Shown here: positions 1 through 13,218 of the stretch, in pieces
Numbering within the stretch: the first letter of the stretch is position 1
Layout: every line of letters begins with the position of its first letter
Made by a program: the position numbers and the translations under genes
Origin: Squalus acanthias
Lineage: Eukaryota
Length of the DNA stretch: 64,000 bases
Reading direction: 5' to 3'
NCBI GenBank assembly: GCA_030390025.1
Contig: CM059432.1
Span: forward strand, 72,418,001-72,482,000
The notes under the pieces: model-generated
What the model was told of the DNA's origin: nothing
Database searches by the model: none
Seen by the model: only the letters and a program-made list of their open reading frames with translations

Positions 1-245
1 GTGGTCTTTTTGATGTGGAGGGTATCAGCTCAGCTCATGATCAAATAGAATGTCACGGTTGCAAACAGTCTGTTTCAGCCTGAGTAAGTGACCGGGAGGG
101 AGACGGGATTGGTGGCAAGGATATGGAGTTTGTGACGGGAGCAGAAGACAATGGCTTCAGTCTTCCCAATGTTTCGCTGGAGGAAATTGCGGCTCATCCA
201 AGACAGGCTAACAACACAGAGGTAGTGGAGTGATCGAGAGGGCTG
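1..245 (-). mobile_element. L2-like LINE RT fragment (degraded)
   Basis: Minus-strand ORF 75..383 contains SWMSRNFLQRNIGKTEAIVF, matching the post-YADD WMxxNFLQLNxxKTE motif of L2-type RTs. Confidence 0.7.
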
Positions 246-2709
246 CTGGAGACTCCACACACCAAGTCCATGTCCTTGGGTGGATGTCAGGAGAAACTGT
301 CTTAGGAAACAGTTCCCCAATGAGAGATCTAGTTGATACTCAACATTGACTGTTCTCATACATGCACTGCTACAAAAAGCCATCGGTAAAGACTTGGGAA
401 CAAGTCAACAGCCCATCGCCTCCAATAGAAAATAGTACATAGTGTGTAGAAGGGGTAAGGGGAAAAAGTTAATACAATATATATATATTTTTTAAGTCTA
501 TTAGGCATGGTTAAATTCTTGTCACATGTATGGCTCTAGCGACTAAACAAAGATAATCAGAAGCAATCAGAGAGCAGATTCTGAGGCTTGATCACTATAG
601 GAACCATCAACACTGACAACTACATGGAAACATTCAGCAAGGTTTATACTTTTTAAAATATTAATTAACCTCCTATTCACTTAACTTTTTTTTAACCAAT
701 TAACAGCTGTAAACTAAAGCAAAAATAATCATAACACAGCACTGCATTACAGGATATATTTCATGAATGAGATTGGATCTCATAATTTGCTTTAATCTGC
801 AGTGTGTGTTTGTGTGAGTTATGGGCCTTTCACACATGAATAAAAAATATTAACAAGCCTCAACTAAAGCAATATCCTACATGTACTGTAGCACCAAATG
901 TGAGTCCAATACACAGTTCATTCTAGGTACCATCATAATAAAGGCAGCTGCCTAACTCAGACTGCTGCCACATCACAGGTTTCATTTTCGGAATGATGCA
1001 CAAAAATTGCCTGGATGATGAGATTTACATCTAATTTAAATCTGCCCGCTGAGACTAATGGACACCTAAGGAACAACGGCAATCATTGCAGCCATCATAA
1101 TACTAGCATCTGCACTACCATGACAACAGAAAAAGCTGGCCACATGCTAATTCTGCTGTCTTGCCATTTGAACAAAGGCACCAGACTCTGATGAAAGCAG
1201 CAAAACACTCAAAGACCCTGCCAGGAGTTTTTATGACAGTTTTCCTTCCAAGTCCTTATACTGGGGGGGAGGGTTTACATTACCAACTGTTAATCCAGAG
1301 CAGAACTCATGCTGGTAAAATTATGCAACAAAGGTTACTGACACACATTAATGCAAACCCTCTTGTAATTGCTGCTGGAATGATTGACTTTGGATTCCCT
1401 TATTATTGTAACCCTCTGGGGACTGGTTTCATGTCAGAATGAATGCACATTCAGGACTATATAAATACAGGCCGATAAAACTGGTAATTGTAAGAGCCAA
1501 TTTTAGCATTGGCCCAGGACCCCCGTGTAGGTCGGGCTGTGCATGGCTTGCACAGGGCTCCAGAAAAATAAACATGTGAGTGGACTTCACATTATGCAGT
1601 GTGGTAAAGCTCAGTTATGCTCAGGCAAATGAAGTGCTGGCACAGTGCTAGCACCAGCAGCACTGTATGTTGAGCATATTGTCGACCCCACTGAGTCATT
1701 CATTCATTGACTCTGAAGCATGCATTGAATTGCAAGTCCATACCAATACTGGAGGTGAATGATACATATGTTCCAACTGTCTGGGTTTCATGCTGACTGT
1801 CAGCGTTTTTGAAAGCGGATCAGTGTGTCCGTGTCTGCCGACAAAAGTTAGTGCAGCTGGGCCTCCCTGAGCCCCCACTCCCATTACTTCTGAGTCCAGT
1901 ATTTAACACACCGGACACATGGCACTGCCCCTTCACTGTACTCCCTGCACTAGTGGCCAGGATTGCCACCTACAGTTTACAGAAACAGCAATCCCAGCCA
2001 GTAGCACTGCGAGTACACTAAGAGTATTAGCGATCGCACTAAGGTAGGAGTGAGATGGGGAAATGGATCACAAGGGGAGGGGAGGAAAGCAGAAGGGACA
2101 CGGACAGCAAGGAGAGGGGTAGAATGGATAGCAAAGGGAGGGGAGATGGCAAAATGAATGGCATGGGAAGGGAACAATTAACGCAGGAATTCTCCAATCT
2201 TCTGCCGTTTCTCTGGAGCTTCCGCCGAAGTTACGGTGAGAGATCAGAGGACCCCTGCGGAAATTCCAGGCGGACATGCTTGTAATACTTCTCTTTCTGT
2301 TTTTGTAGATGTAACAAAAGAAGCTGAGGTAGAGGTGGTTGATCAGGAACAACTGTGAACCTTTCACAATGAAGTCACTTCCATGTCATTATATTATTAT
2401 GAAGCTCCCACCTGTTTCCAGCAGGAGTTTCTTGCGCCCTCCCTGGTCCCATTGGAAATGCGTGCAATGTGAAAATAAGGCGAAGATCTGGTGTTGCAGT
2501 CCATTGCTCCTTTAGCTGGTTGGTTACATCCCATACACTCACATAGATGAATGTCATCACCACGAAAACTGCCCCAGTAACCTCTCTGACTGCAGATTCC
2601 TTTTATAACTAGGTCACAGATAAGTAAAGAACCAGAAATTCTAGTATGTTGGGTTTCTGCGTATGCTTTTGTAATATTCCAATTGAAATGGATCAACTAT
2701 AGAAATATT

Positions 2710-3313
2710 GGGCCCGATATTTACGGGGAGGGAGGGGGGCTCGTTTAAGCGGCCGGGAAACCCGGAAATACCAGAAAGGCAGAGGTCCTGCCAAATTTAA
2801 TGACAGGACCACATTAGAATTTTTTTACTCCATTTCCCACCCACAGCCGGTCAAATTGAAGGCTGGCCGGTGGCCAGGCTGGCAAGCCTGCCGCAAAAGG
2901 GCCCCAATAATCGAGGCGATCAGGGATCATGGGGGTGGTGGGGGGAGGTCTCGGACCGTGGCAGCGAGGAGGGAGGGAAGAAAGGAGAGAGAAATCGCGC
3001 ATGGTGGGGGGGAAAGATTGCGGGGGTCGACCGATTGCAAGGAGGGAAGAAATCGCAGGAACGCAGCCGTTAAATTCAAATGGCTGCCAAAATCTCCGGA
3101 ATGCAGCCTCATTTAAATATTAAAATCACTGACCCGCCTCTCCAGAGCGAGCTACTCAGACTCCCACAAACCCGCCCCGGTTACAACTGGGAGTAAACGC
3201 GTTCACAGTGGCCTGGGGTCGGGTTTCACATTTTTAGAAATTTAGTCACCCTCTACCCTCTCCCGCCCATTGTGGCGGGTGGGGGGGCGGGGGGCGAGAT
3301 TAAAATTCCCACC
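2710..3313. mobile_element. GC-rich MITE, probably non-autonomous Harbinger
   Basis: GC-rich island in AT-rich DNA with degenerate ends gggcccgatattt...taaaattcccacc, resembling other MITEs in the window. No clean TSD. Confidence 0.5.
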
Positions 3314-3919
3314 AATGTATATATGTGGAGTGGATGGGGGTGGGGGGGGGGGGCAACTTGAACACAATAAAACAGTTACATGATTGAGTCAACTGGAGTG
3401 ATTTCAATTTTCTCCATTCCTCTCTTGAAGGTGCTGACTTCAGCTGGGATACAGTTCCATCAGACTATATCAGTTCTTCCTTAGTACCATCTGCTTAAAA
3501 TAATTTAGCTGAAAAGCAGCCCACCTCCTCCCACACACTGCTGCTTAAGTAGGAGTGTTGCCTTTATTTTGATTTAATTTGATTTAGAATTACCAGCCTG
3601 TATTTTTAGTTATTTTTGCTCGTCATGTCCCTCCCGTATGTCACACACCAACCTGCAACTGAGCCAATGGAGGCAGGCAATGTATATCCTCTGCCTCTTG
3701 TTCTGCCACTCTTAAGACGAGCCAATAGCAAGCATGAGTCCAGCGCTGGTTGATTTGTTCTCAAACTCTGCCTCCCGATGTCCTTGACGCAAGGCACGAA
3801 TCATTTTTTGAGAGGGCCGGGCCACATTTCAACACTGCTGGGGAGCTGCAAGAACTGTTCCGCCACATATAGGCAGCTCATCACTAGGGTAGGGCAAAAA
3901 GTCTGACGCCAAGCCAAGC

Positions 3920-4740
3920 TGGAAATTTGATCCTCAGAGGAAGGTAGGTGGGGGGGTTGTGAATGGGCCAGCAGCAGGCCAGAAGATTTTTTGAGGGGCC
4001 AGGACGAACATTCATGCTCCTCCTGGCCCCGCAGAAATCTTTAGAAAAACAAAAACTTAGCTTTTCCTGAGCGACCTGCAGTGGTCCCTTTAAGGACTGC
4101 TGGTTAGGCCGCTCAGTAGAGGAAACTCTTTATTAACCGGGACCGGCGTGGTGCTGGTTAATCAAAAAGTCCGGATAATGGAGAGTTATATCTCCCAACG
4201 TACGAGAGCCCCGTACACACTGACATGCGCCTGCATTCGGAGCTCCGTCTCCCCGGGGACCGCCAGCTGACCATCTGTCGTGTCCGCTGCCTACCCGGGC
4301 TGCACATTCCCCTCCCAATCTACATGCTCCGATACAAGGCAAACGCCTCGGGGTTTTTTTCAAAGTTATTTTTAAAGGAGAGATGAAGGAAAACACCGGT
4401 TACCTACTCAAGAATTTTGCCGGTTAAGAGAGATTTCCGGTTATTTGGGTGCCGGTTAAAAGAGAGTTTCCTGTACCTGGTACCAAAGAGTGGAGCCTGC
4501 ATAATGCACACTCCGCACATTGATACTTCAAAATTACATTTGGCTCCTAGTACGTCTTGGAACCCCGAATAGCATATTTGGAAAAAGCTCCCACCTAAAT
4601 CAGGCAGCCCATGCAGAGCTCCCAACCAAAATAGCGATAGGCGGGAAAAGAGTTCGAATGGGCCATTAAGTATATCATTGCGATTTTCAGAGCACTACTA
4701 CCCCATTCCCACCAGGCGGTGGCAGTTGAAATCGACCCCC
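3920..4740. mobile_element. GC-rich MITE hosting the Tigger-like insert (left end uncertain)
   Basis: Right end gttgaaatcgaccccc; internal tgctcctcctggcccc motif also seen near 53900. Confidence 0.4.
4119..4473. mobile_element. Tc1/mariner-pogo (Tigger-like) MITE
   Basis: TIRs gaggaaactctttattaaccgg / ccggttaaaagagagtttcctg (19/22 match), flanked by TA at 4117-4118 and 4474-4475. Confidence 0.8.
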
Positions 4741-5597
4741 TCATCTCTGCCTGCCACCTCCCTCCCTATTTCACTGACAGAACTACCTCAGATAACAATT
4801 TCAGTGTGTGGGGAACTGTCTGCTCAGAGCTGAACCCAAGCTCCCTCTGATGTTGCAGTTAGTACATTAGTACATTAATATACCACATCACTGAGTCAAC
4901 TAGGAGCATTAACTTCTGTCACAATGCCGATCTATACTAATTCAGATTAATCAGTTCACTACTACATGCCCCAAAGTATTTTATTACAGAAACATGTTGA
5001 GAGACTGATGGCCCTGGTTCCTTTTAAACCTAACTGGAGCAAACCTGTCAAAATTCCATCTGAAAAAACACAGATGTTTGGATACTTACAACTAATTTCT
5101 TCAGGACACAAACCTTTTGCCAATAACATATGGTAGCCACAAATCTGCCAACTGTGCTTTTATTTTGTGGGAAACTTCCTCTTTCTGTGATTAATGCCAT
5201 TCCTGTTCACTCTGTTTAAAGCTGCAACCACTCAGCCAAAAGCCCACTCAGAATCTGGGAAAATAATACAGCTCTGCTCTTTTCCTCACTTAAATGTTCT
5301 GTATTAGTTGGCGTTACTGCATATTCGGAGATTACTTCCTCTGTTTATATAACAGTCTCTCAATGTCTCTGTGTTGTATAGAATTGTGAGTGATGGGAGC
5401 ATCTGAGAGGTGACACTTTATAAACTGCAGCAATCAGACATGTAACCCATCTACATTGTATCATAGGGAGCAACACTATACAGTGTATATGGGGGCCGTG
5501 TTTAAGTCCCAGGTGGAAACGCGGCCTAACAAGCGGCTGGCCCGTCCAGGAGTAGCAGCGGCGAGGCCTAGCTGATTTTAACGGCCAGGCCTCATTA

Positions 5598-7703
5598 TAG
5601 GGTTGCCAACTTTGGTTGGATGTATTCCTAGAGGTTTCAACACATGACCTCCCACCTCCAACTGCCCTGCCCAGTCAAACAGCCTTTTCCTCATCTCCAA
5701 TATCTTTATAACTATAAATAAAATGGTCAAAGAAAATAAACAAAATACAAACGGGGAGAAATTCATGTTAGCCAGTAAATGGAGTTAACAGCCGCTGAAA
5801 ATGGCCACAACGCTAATGGAGCAATATTCATCTGGGGGGGGATGGAGATTGTTGGCACAGCCCTTACCTGCAATGCAACGCTGTCCTGGTGGCATTTCTG
5901 GAGGCATCCGACCCGAGGTTCGTGTGCAGTTGCGGCGTTCAAGCCTCGCACAGCCTCTGGGAGTGAGGCTGTGGAGCTCGCAAGGAATTGTGGGCAATGA
6001 AGAGGCCTGAGAATTAAAGGGGCCATGCACTCTGAAGCAATACAAATTAAAATGACATGAAACAATGTAATTTTCAGCCCTTTCTGCCTTTTACAAAAAA
6101 GTTTAAAATTAAAAAGAAGTTCCAAATGTGAATATTCAGCTCTTAAAGGTAAATTCCCTTCCTAATCTCAAAAAATGGGAAAAATGCCTCAGCACAAACA
6201 TAAATGACTCATCAAGCCAGGGAAGGGGCACCCAGGGTCTCGCACGCAGCCCTCCAGCTTTGTGCAGGGGATCAACACTGCAAGACTGGCCCTCTAACCA
6301 CAGGGGGCAGGAGGCCCTCCAGAAAGAACAATGTGGGAGTACATCACCAAGGTCGTCACTGCCAGCAGAGTCACCCCCACCACGTGGCTCCAGTGCCCAA
6401 AGAAACTTCATGACCTCAGACCACTGGTCAAGGTCAGTGAATGCATCTTCAAAAGCCGTCTCCTACCAACTGCATCACTAGCCTCACACACTGCTCAATG
6501 CAGGACCCCCAATCACTCACCTACCAACAATCTACACCAATGACGTGGCACATCTCCCATTCCTAGCCTCACCTCACCTCCTTGGAGGAGACGGTGCAGG
6601 CCATTCTTGGCAGGGGCATGGCTGAGTCCTTGGCCAGTGGCGGGGCTGAAAGGATACAAGATGCTGGTATCCTCATACGTTATCCTCCTACTGGCATCCA
6701 CCTTATGCTTTCCCGCTCTCCCATCATCACAACTCTACCCTTGTGCCTTCCTTATTTCACACACCCAAGAAATGCAGCCTACCCAGCCAGTGGTTGGCCA
6801 AGAAGAGGTAGAGGAGAGTGAAGAAGAACACGAAGAAGAAGATTGATTTGACACTTCCAGCTGCCAGCTCCTCTAGGTCAACCAGCAAGGACATTTGCAG
6901 TGTCCCCCACTGAAAGTCAGCAGCCTTCCACCAGCCATGCTGCAGCCACTGTGGTAGCACTGTGTGACATCAGTAGGCATACACAAGACAGTCACTAAGA
7001 GAATGCATACAGGTGATGAGTTGATTTCTTGATGTCACATTGGATAGATAGACGTATATAGGTGGATTGGAAAGTTTGCTTTGTGGTGGCTTTTATTTCA
7101 GCATCGCGGCCAAGAGGGCATTGTGATGGTCAGTAATAGATGGAAGGTAAGGTGTGGGACTAATGTTGAAAGGGGAATTGGGGTTGTGGTCACTGGGACT
7201 GCAGGAGGATGATTCAATCCCGGATATCCCGGCCACAAAGGGGCTGTCTGGGATGCATCCTTCCGTAGCTTCCTCCTCTTCTGCTTCCTCCTGTTTGGAT
7301 TCCTCCTCTTTGTATTCTCAAAGGGCTTCATTTTCCATCCGAGCCCTTGCAAGCGTCCAGCAGCACTCCCTACACACTTAAAAACTTTTCACATCTATTG
7401 CAACAAGCCACCACTTCAATAAAATCAACTGGCATGCTTAGGACCCAGCACTGGGGTCGAAGTTCGCACATGTGATGTAAAGTTGCCGTTGCACGGGACC
7501 CGCCAGCAGCTGGCAAAAGAGCGGCGGCCACCGTTTTAACATCATTTAATGGTGCTATGGAATGGCGCGAAGGCCACGAATTTCTCGCCCAAAATTTTTC
7601 AATGCCCTTATGATATTTCTCCTTGGATGCTCACAGGAGTCTCCAGGAGATTTATCTTCAATTTCTGGAGACTCCAGGGCAATCCTGAAGGTTGGCAACC
7701 CAA
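5598..7703. mobile_element. hAT (Blackjack-like) MITE, interrupted by a Harbinger derivative
   Basis: TIRs tagggttgccaac / gttggcaacccaa; perfect 8-bp TSD cctcatta at 5590-5597 and 7704-7711. Confidence 0.85.
5752..7590 (+). mobile_element. Non-autonomous PIF/Harbinger deletion derivative
   Basis: TIRs cggggagaaattcatg / cacgaatttctcgccc (13/16) with AAA flanks. Retains a Myb exon remnant (QCPKKLHDLRPLVK then gtcagt) and blocks homologous to 28460-32178 and 49177-51096. Confidence 0.8.
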
Positions 7704-8234
7704 CCTCATTAGCTGGCTGACTTCCCGACCAAAGCAACCTGGAAGTCAGAGGGAAGCGGCTGCCCAGCTTCTGGCCCACAAGGAAATTAAAATTATAAAA
7801 ACAACTTTCTGGGCTTTTGTCCACTTCCTGACAGCTTTGGCCTGCTGAGGAAACCACCACTCAAGCCTCAGTTTAATATTGCAGTCGGGCAAGATTACAT
7901 CATTGGAGACTGATTTGCATATTTAGTAAATGTCCCCGCCGATTTCAAGCAGGTGTCCCTGTCACCTGCAATTTAAAATTTAGATTGGGGCAGGAAGTCC
8001 CCTACTCCAATTTTAACTGTTCCTCCACACGGGGGGTTCCGCTGGACGGGGTGAAGCAGGGGGTGGGTGTTAAAAGCCTACCCATGGACTTGAACCAAAT
8101 CGCCATTAATAATTGTTTCATAGATTTTAGTGAAAAGTCCTGGAGATGAAATGATTGCTCCTGATTGCAGAGAAATAATATAATAATTTATTAAATATTT
8201 TATGTTGATTTTGAAATCCCTTTGTATTTAGGGG

Positions 8235-8510
8235 ATCAGCCGTGGCTCAGTGGTAGCACGCTGATCTCTGCGTCAGAAGGTTGTGGGTTCAAGCCCCACT
8301 CCAGGGCCTTGACCACATAATCTAAGCTGACATTCCAGTGGAGCACTGAGGGAGTGCTGCACTGACAGAGGTACTGTCTTTTGGATAAGACGTTTAAGCC
8401 GAGGCCCTGTCTGCCCTCTTAGGTGAACATAAATTATCCCATGGTACTATCTGGCCAATATTTAATCCCTCAACCAGCATCACTAAAACAGATTATCTCG
8501 TTATTTTACC
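8235..8510 (+). mobile_element. tRNA-derived Deu-type SINE (SacSINE1-like), 5' part
   Basis: A box tggctcagtgg, B box ggttcaagccc; colinear with the intact copy at 24127-24595; resumes at about 11516. Confidence 0.85.
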
Positions 8511-11500
8511 AGGAACGGTAGCATAGTGGTTATGTTACTGGACCAGTAATTCAGAGGCCTGGACGTAAAACCAGAGACATGAGTTCAAATCCCACCACGG
8601 CAGCTGAGGAATTTAAATTTAGATAATTAAATAAATCTGGAATTAAAAATGCTAGTATCAGTAATGGTAATTGTCGTAAAAACCCGTCTGGTTCACTAAT
8701 GTCCTTTCGGGAAGGAAATCTGCTGTCCTTACCCGGTCTGGTCTATATGTGATTCCAGACCAATAGCAATGTGGTTGACTCTTAACTGCCTTCTGAAATG
8801 GTCCAGCAAGCCACTTAGTTGTACCAAACTGCTGCAGAGAAGAATAAAACCGGACGGACCACCCAGCAAACATCTGGGGATTTGTGCCAAAATTGGGAGA
8901 GCCAGCGTCCTAGACTCCTCCACCGACACTGTCCCACCGGCAGGACAGAGGTAGAGGCACAGTGGTATACAGGAGTGGCCCTGGGAGTCCTCAACATTGA
9001 TTCCAGACCCCAAGCATGGGCAAGGAAACCGCTTGCTGATTACCACATACTGCCGTCCCTCAGCTGATGAATCATTACTCCTCCATGTTGAACACCACTT
9101 GGAAGAAGCACTGAGGGTAGCAAGGGCACAGAATGCACTCTGGGTGGGGGACTTCAATGTCCAAGAGTGGCTCGGTAGCACCACTACTGACCGAGTTGGC
9201 CAAGTCCTGAAGGACATAACTGCCAGACTGGGCCTGCAGCAGGTGGTGAGAGAACCAATACGAGGGAAAAACCTACTTGACCTTGTGCTCACTAATCTAC
9301 TTGTCGCAGATGTCCATGACAGTATTAGTTACAGTCTTCACACTGAGGACACCCTCCATCGTGTCCACCGTACTAAATGGGATAGATTCAGAACAGGTCT
9401 AGCAGCTCAAAACTGGGCATCCATGAGATGCTGTGGGCCATCAGCAGCAGCGGAATTGTATTCCATCACAATCTGTAACCTTATGGCTCGGCATGTCCCC
9501 CACTCTACCATTACCATCAAGCCACGGGACCAACCCTGGCTCAATGAAGAGTGCAGAAGAGCATGGCAGGAGCAGCACCAAGTGTATCTAAAAATGAGGT
9601 GCCAACCTGGGGAAGCTGCAACACAGGACTACATGCATGCAGAGCAGCATGCTGTAGACAGAGCTAAGCGATTCCACAACCAACGGATCAGATCAAACTC
9701 TGTAGTCCTGCCACATCCAGTCGTGAATGGTGGTGGACAATTAAACAACTAAAGGGAGGAGGAGGAGGATCCACGAACATCCCCATCCGCAATGATGGAG
9801 GAGCTCGTGCACTGAAGTGTTTGGAACCATCTTCAGCCAGAAGTGCCGAGTGGATGATTAATCTCAGCCTCCTTCTGAGGATCACAGCAGCCAGTCTTCA
9901 GCCAATTCGATTCACTCCACTTGATATCAAGAAACGGCTGAGCGCACTGGATACAGCAAAGGCTATTGGCCCTGACAACATCCCGGCTGTCGTGCTGAAG
10001 ACTTGTGCTCCAGAACTAGCCGCGCCTATAGCCAAGCTGTTCCAGTACAGTTACAACACTGGCATCTACCCGACAATGTGGAAAATCGCCCAGGTATGTC
10101 ATGTCTACAAAAAACAGGACAAATCCAAAAAGGCCAATTACCGCCCCATCAGTCGACTCTCAATCATCATTAAAGTGATGGAAGTTGTTGTCGACAGTGC
10201 TATCAAGCAGCACTTACTTACCAATAATCTGCTCACTGATGCTCAGTTTGGGTTCTGCCAGGACCGCTCAGCTCCAGGCCTCATTAAAACCTTGGTCAAA
10301 ACATGGACGAAAGAGCTGAATTCCAGAGGTGAGGTGAGAGTGACTGCACTTGACATCAAGGCAGCATTTGATCGAGTGTGGCACCAAGGAGCCCTCGTAA
10401 AATTGAAGTCACTGGGAATCACGGGGAAAATTCTCCACTGGCTAGAGTCATACCTAGCACAAAGGAAGATGATTGTGGTTGTTGGAGGCCAATCATCATA
10501 GCCCCAGGACATCGCTGCAGGTGTTCCTCAGGGCAGTGTCCTAGGCCCAACAATCTTCAGTTGCTTCATCAATGACCTTCGCTCCATCATAAGGTCAGAA
10601 GAGCGGATGTTCGCTGATGGTTGCACAGTGTTCAGTTCCATTCACAGCTCCTCAGATAATGAAGCAGTCCATGCCTGCATGCAACAAGACCTGGATGACA
10701 TTCAGGCTTGGGCTGATAAGTGACAAGTAACATTCGTGCCACACAAGTGCCAGGCAATGACTATCTCCAAAAAGCAAGAATCTTACCACCGCCCCTTGAC
10801 ATTCAACGGCATTACCATTGTTGAATCCCCCACTATCAACATCCTGGGAGTCACCATTGACCAGAAACTTAACTGGACCAGTCACATAAATACTGTGACT
10901 ACAAGAGCAGGTCAGAGGCTGGGAATTCTGCGGCGAGTGTCTCACCTCCTGACTCCCCAAAGCCATTCCACCATCTATAAGACACAAGTAAGGAGTGTGA
11001 TGGAATACTCTCCACTTGCCTGGATGAGTGCAGCTCCAACAGCACTCAAGAAGCTAGACACCATCCAGGACAAAGCAGCCCGCTTGATTGGCACCCCATC
11101 CACCACCTTAAACATTCACTCCCTCCACCACTGACGCACCGTGGCTGCAGTGTGTACCATCTACAAGATGCACTGCAGCAACTCGCCAAGGCTCCTTCGA
11201 CAGCACCTCCCAAACCCATGACCTCTACCACCTAGAAGGACAAGGGCAGCAGGCGCATGGGAACACCACCACCTGCAAGTTCCCCTCCAAGTCACACAAC
11301 ATCCTGACTTGGGAATACATCGCCGTTCCTTCATCGTCGCTGGATCAAAATCCTGGAACTCCCTCCCTAAAAGCACTGTGGGAGTACCTTCACCACATGG
11401 ACTGCAGCGGGTCAAGAAGGCAGCTCACCACCACCTTCTCAAGGGCAATTAGGGATGGGCAATAAATTCTGGCTTTGCCAGCGACGCCCACATCACATCA

Positions 11501-11515
11501 ACAATTTTTTTTTAA
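8511..11515 (+). mobile_element. LINE family B (CR1/L2/Jockey group), APE + RT, frameshifted, with tRNA-like 5' head
   Basis: ORFs 8997..9752 (YCRPS, VGDFN, LLDLVL), 9821..10501 (GPDNIP, NYRPIS, QFGF, LDIKAAFDRV) and 10736..11134; GVPQGSVLGP and FAD motifs at about 10520-10620. Confidence 0.9.
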
Positions 11516-11677
11516 ATTATCTGATTGTTGTTTGTGGGACCTTGCTGTGTGCAAATTGGCTGCCGCATTTCTTACATTACAACAATGACTACACTTGAAA
11601 AGTACTTAATTGGCTGTAAAGCGTTTTGGCACATCTTGAGGTAGTGAAAGACATTATATAAATGCAAGTCTTTCTTT
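11516..11677 (+). mobile_element. Deu-type SINE, 3' part of the copy at 8235
   Basis: tttgtgggaccttgctgtgtgcaaattggctgcc...tataaatgcaagtctttcttt, as in the 3' half of 24127-24595. Confidence 0.85.
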
Positions 11678-13218
11678 ATCTTATAAGGAGCCCAGTTTCA
11701 AAATACTTTAGCCTTTTTATAACAGGGTAGATCTGGTCCACTGTGCACCCCTAGTACAGCATCAGAAACCTCTGATGCTGTTGACATGCTATGTAATTGA
11801 AATCCACTGTTAGCTAAATTATGAATCAAACATAGCTGTCCCAGATAAAGCGTGCAATGAGGAATTATTCTTCTAATAATTTGCAATGATGTGCATGTGG
11901 AAAATGAAACCCCAGCAGCAAACCCTCAGATTGACTGTCGATTTTTTGAGTGTCTGTCTAGCTATTATCACTGTGCCCCTCTAAGTAGAAATACTTGAAA
12001 AGCAGCAAATCGCATGATTACTGTGTTAAGGAATGTTGCACATATTCTAACTATATACACACAGAAATTTTGTTCTGCAGTATTAGGAAGAAAAATATTA
12101 TGCATCACTAGCTCCTGTTGCTATCTGGTACAAATGCCTGTGGTGACTCTGTAGGACACGTCATTAGAGCATTTCGTCTGTCATGATGACAGCTATATGT
12201 TTTGGTCTGATAGAGATCTTGCTTAGGGGGCCAGCAGGGGGTGTTGGTGGGGCGGGGGCGGGTGGGCGGGCAGGAGGGGTAAGGCGGCTAGTAGTGTTGG
12301 AGAGAATAAGCCTGTCCAGACATAATACATGAAGAACTGGCATTCTTTCTTCAGACTCTTCATAAGCTTTATTAAGACATACTGGAATCCAGAATTTTAA
12401 TATGTGTTAACAAGACAGCACCTCCAATATCACCCTGATATCCCCAATACAGCAATTTACTAGAAAATGCTTTTAATACAAACATGATTACAGGACAGTA
12501 AGGAAGAAAGCAAAGGCTGATAATTACTGGAAACTGGATGAAAATGTTTCCGTGGCAACATTAAATGAGTACAATGGAGCTAGAAGCAAAACGTGGAAGA
12601 GAAACTTCCCTTCACATAATCCATACTGTAACTGCTTGGTGGAATAAACCACCAGATATATGAAACCATTCATGTGCAGTAACTACCAGATCTTCCCTAC
12701 TGACCCAGAATGTAGGGCAGGCAGTCATGCAGTATAATTGACCTGAAAACACAGAGTGGTTAATAGAACAGAAACTAGTAGGATGCTTGCCTTAAAATGA
12801 TTATACACAGAGCATTTTCTCTTCAGAAAAAAAAGCACATTGCTCGAGAAGGGGAAAAAATCTCAAATTCACCAGAACCTTAATTGTAGTGCGACATTTC
12901 TTTCAAAGTCTGCTTGAATACTGAAAAATGTGTGCAATACGAGACGCTACATTGAAAGTAAATGTGCTGTATGCTGATGCCTGTGTTCAAATGCTTTGAG
13001 CTAGAAGTGAATTAGGAGTCATTTAACAATTCAAGTACTTTCCACTGGATATTTAGCCACTTGCCCTTACCAGAATAAAGCTTCCAGGAAGGCAAAGACT
13101 TTTGTGGTAAAATAGCTTCCGTGTGAGGGTGAATTTTTAAGTAATCTTTACAGTGTAAGATGATAAAAATGAATAGCGGGTGTGGAAAGAGATTCAACTT
13201 CCAGCTGTCCATATTTCG

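Larger units (their letters stand above)
5492..8083. mobile_element. Outer GC-rich MITE of a three-level nest
   Basis: Degenerate TIRs ggggccgtgtttaag / gttaaaagcctaccc (9/15) with ATG on both flanks. Confidence 0.5.
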
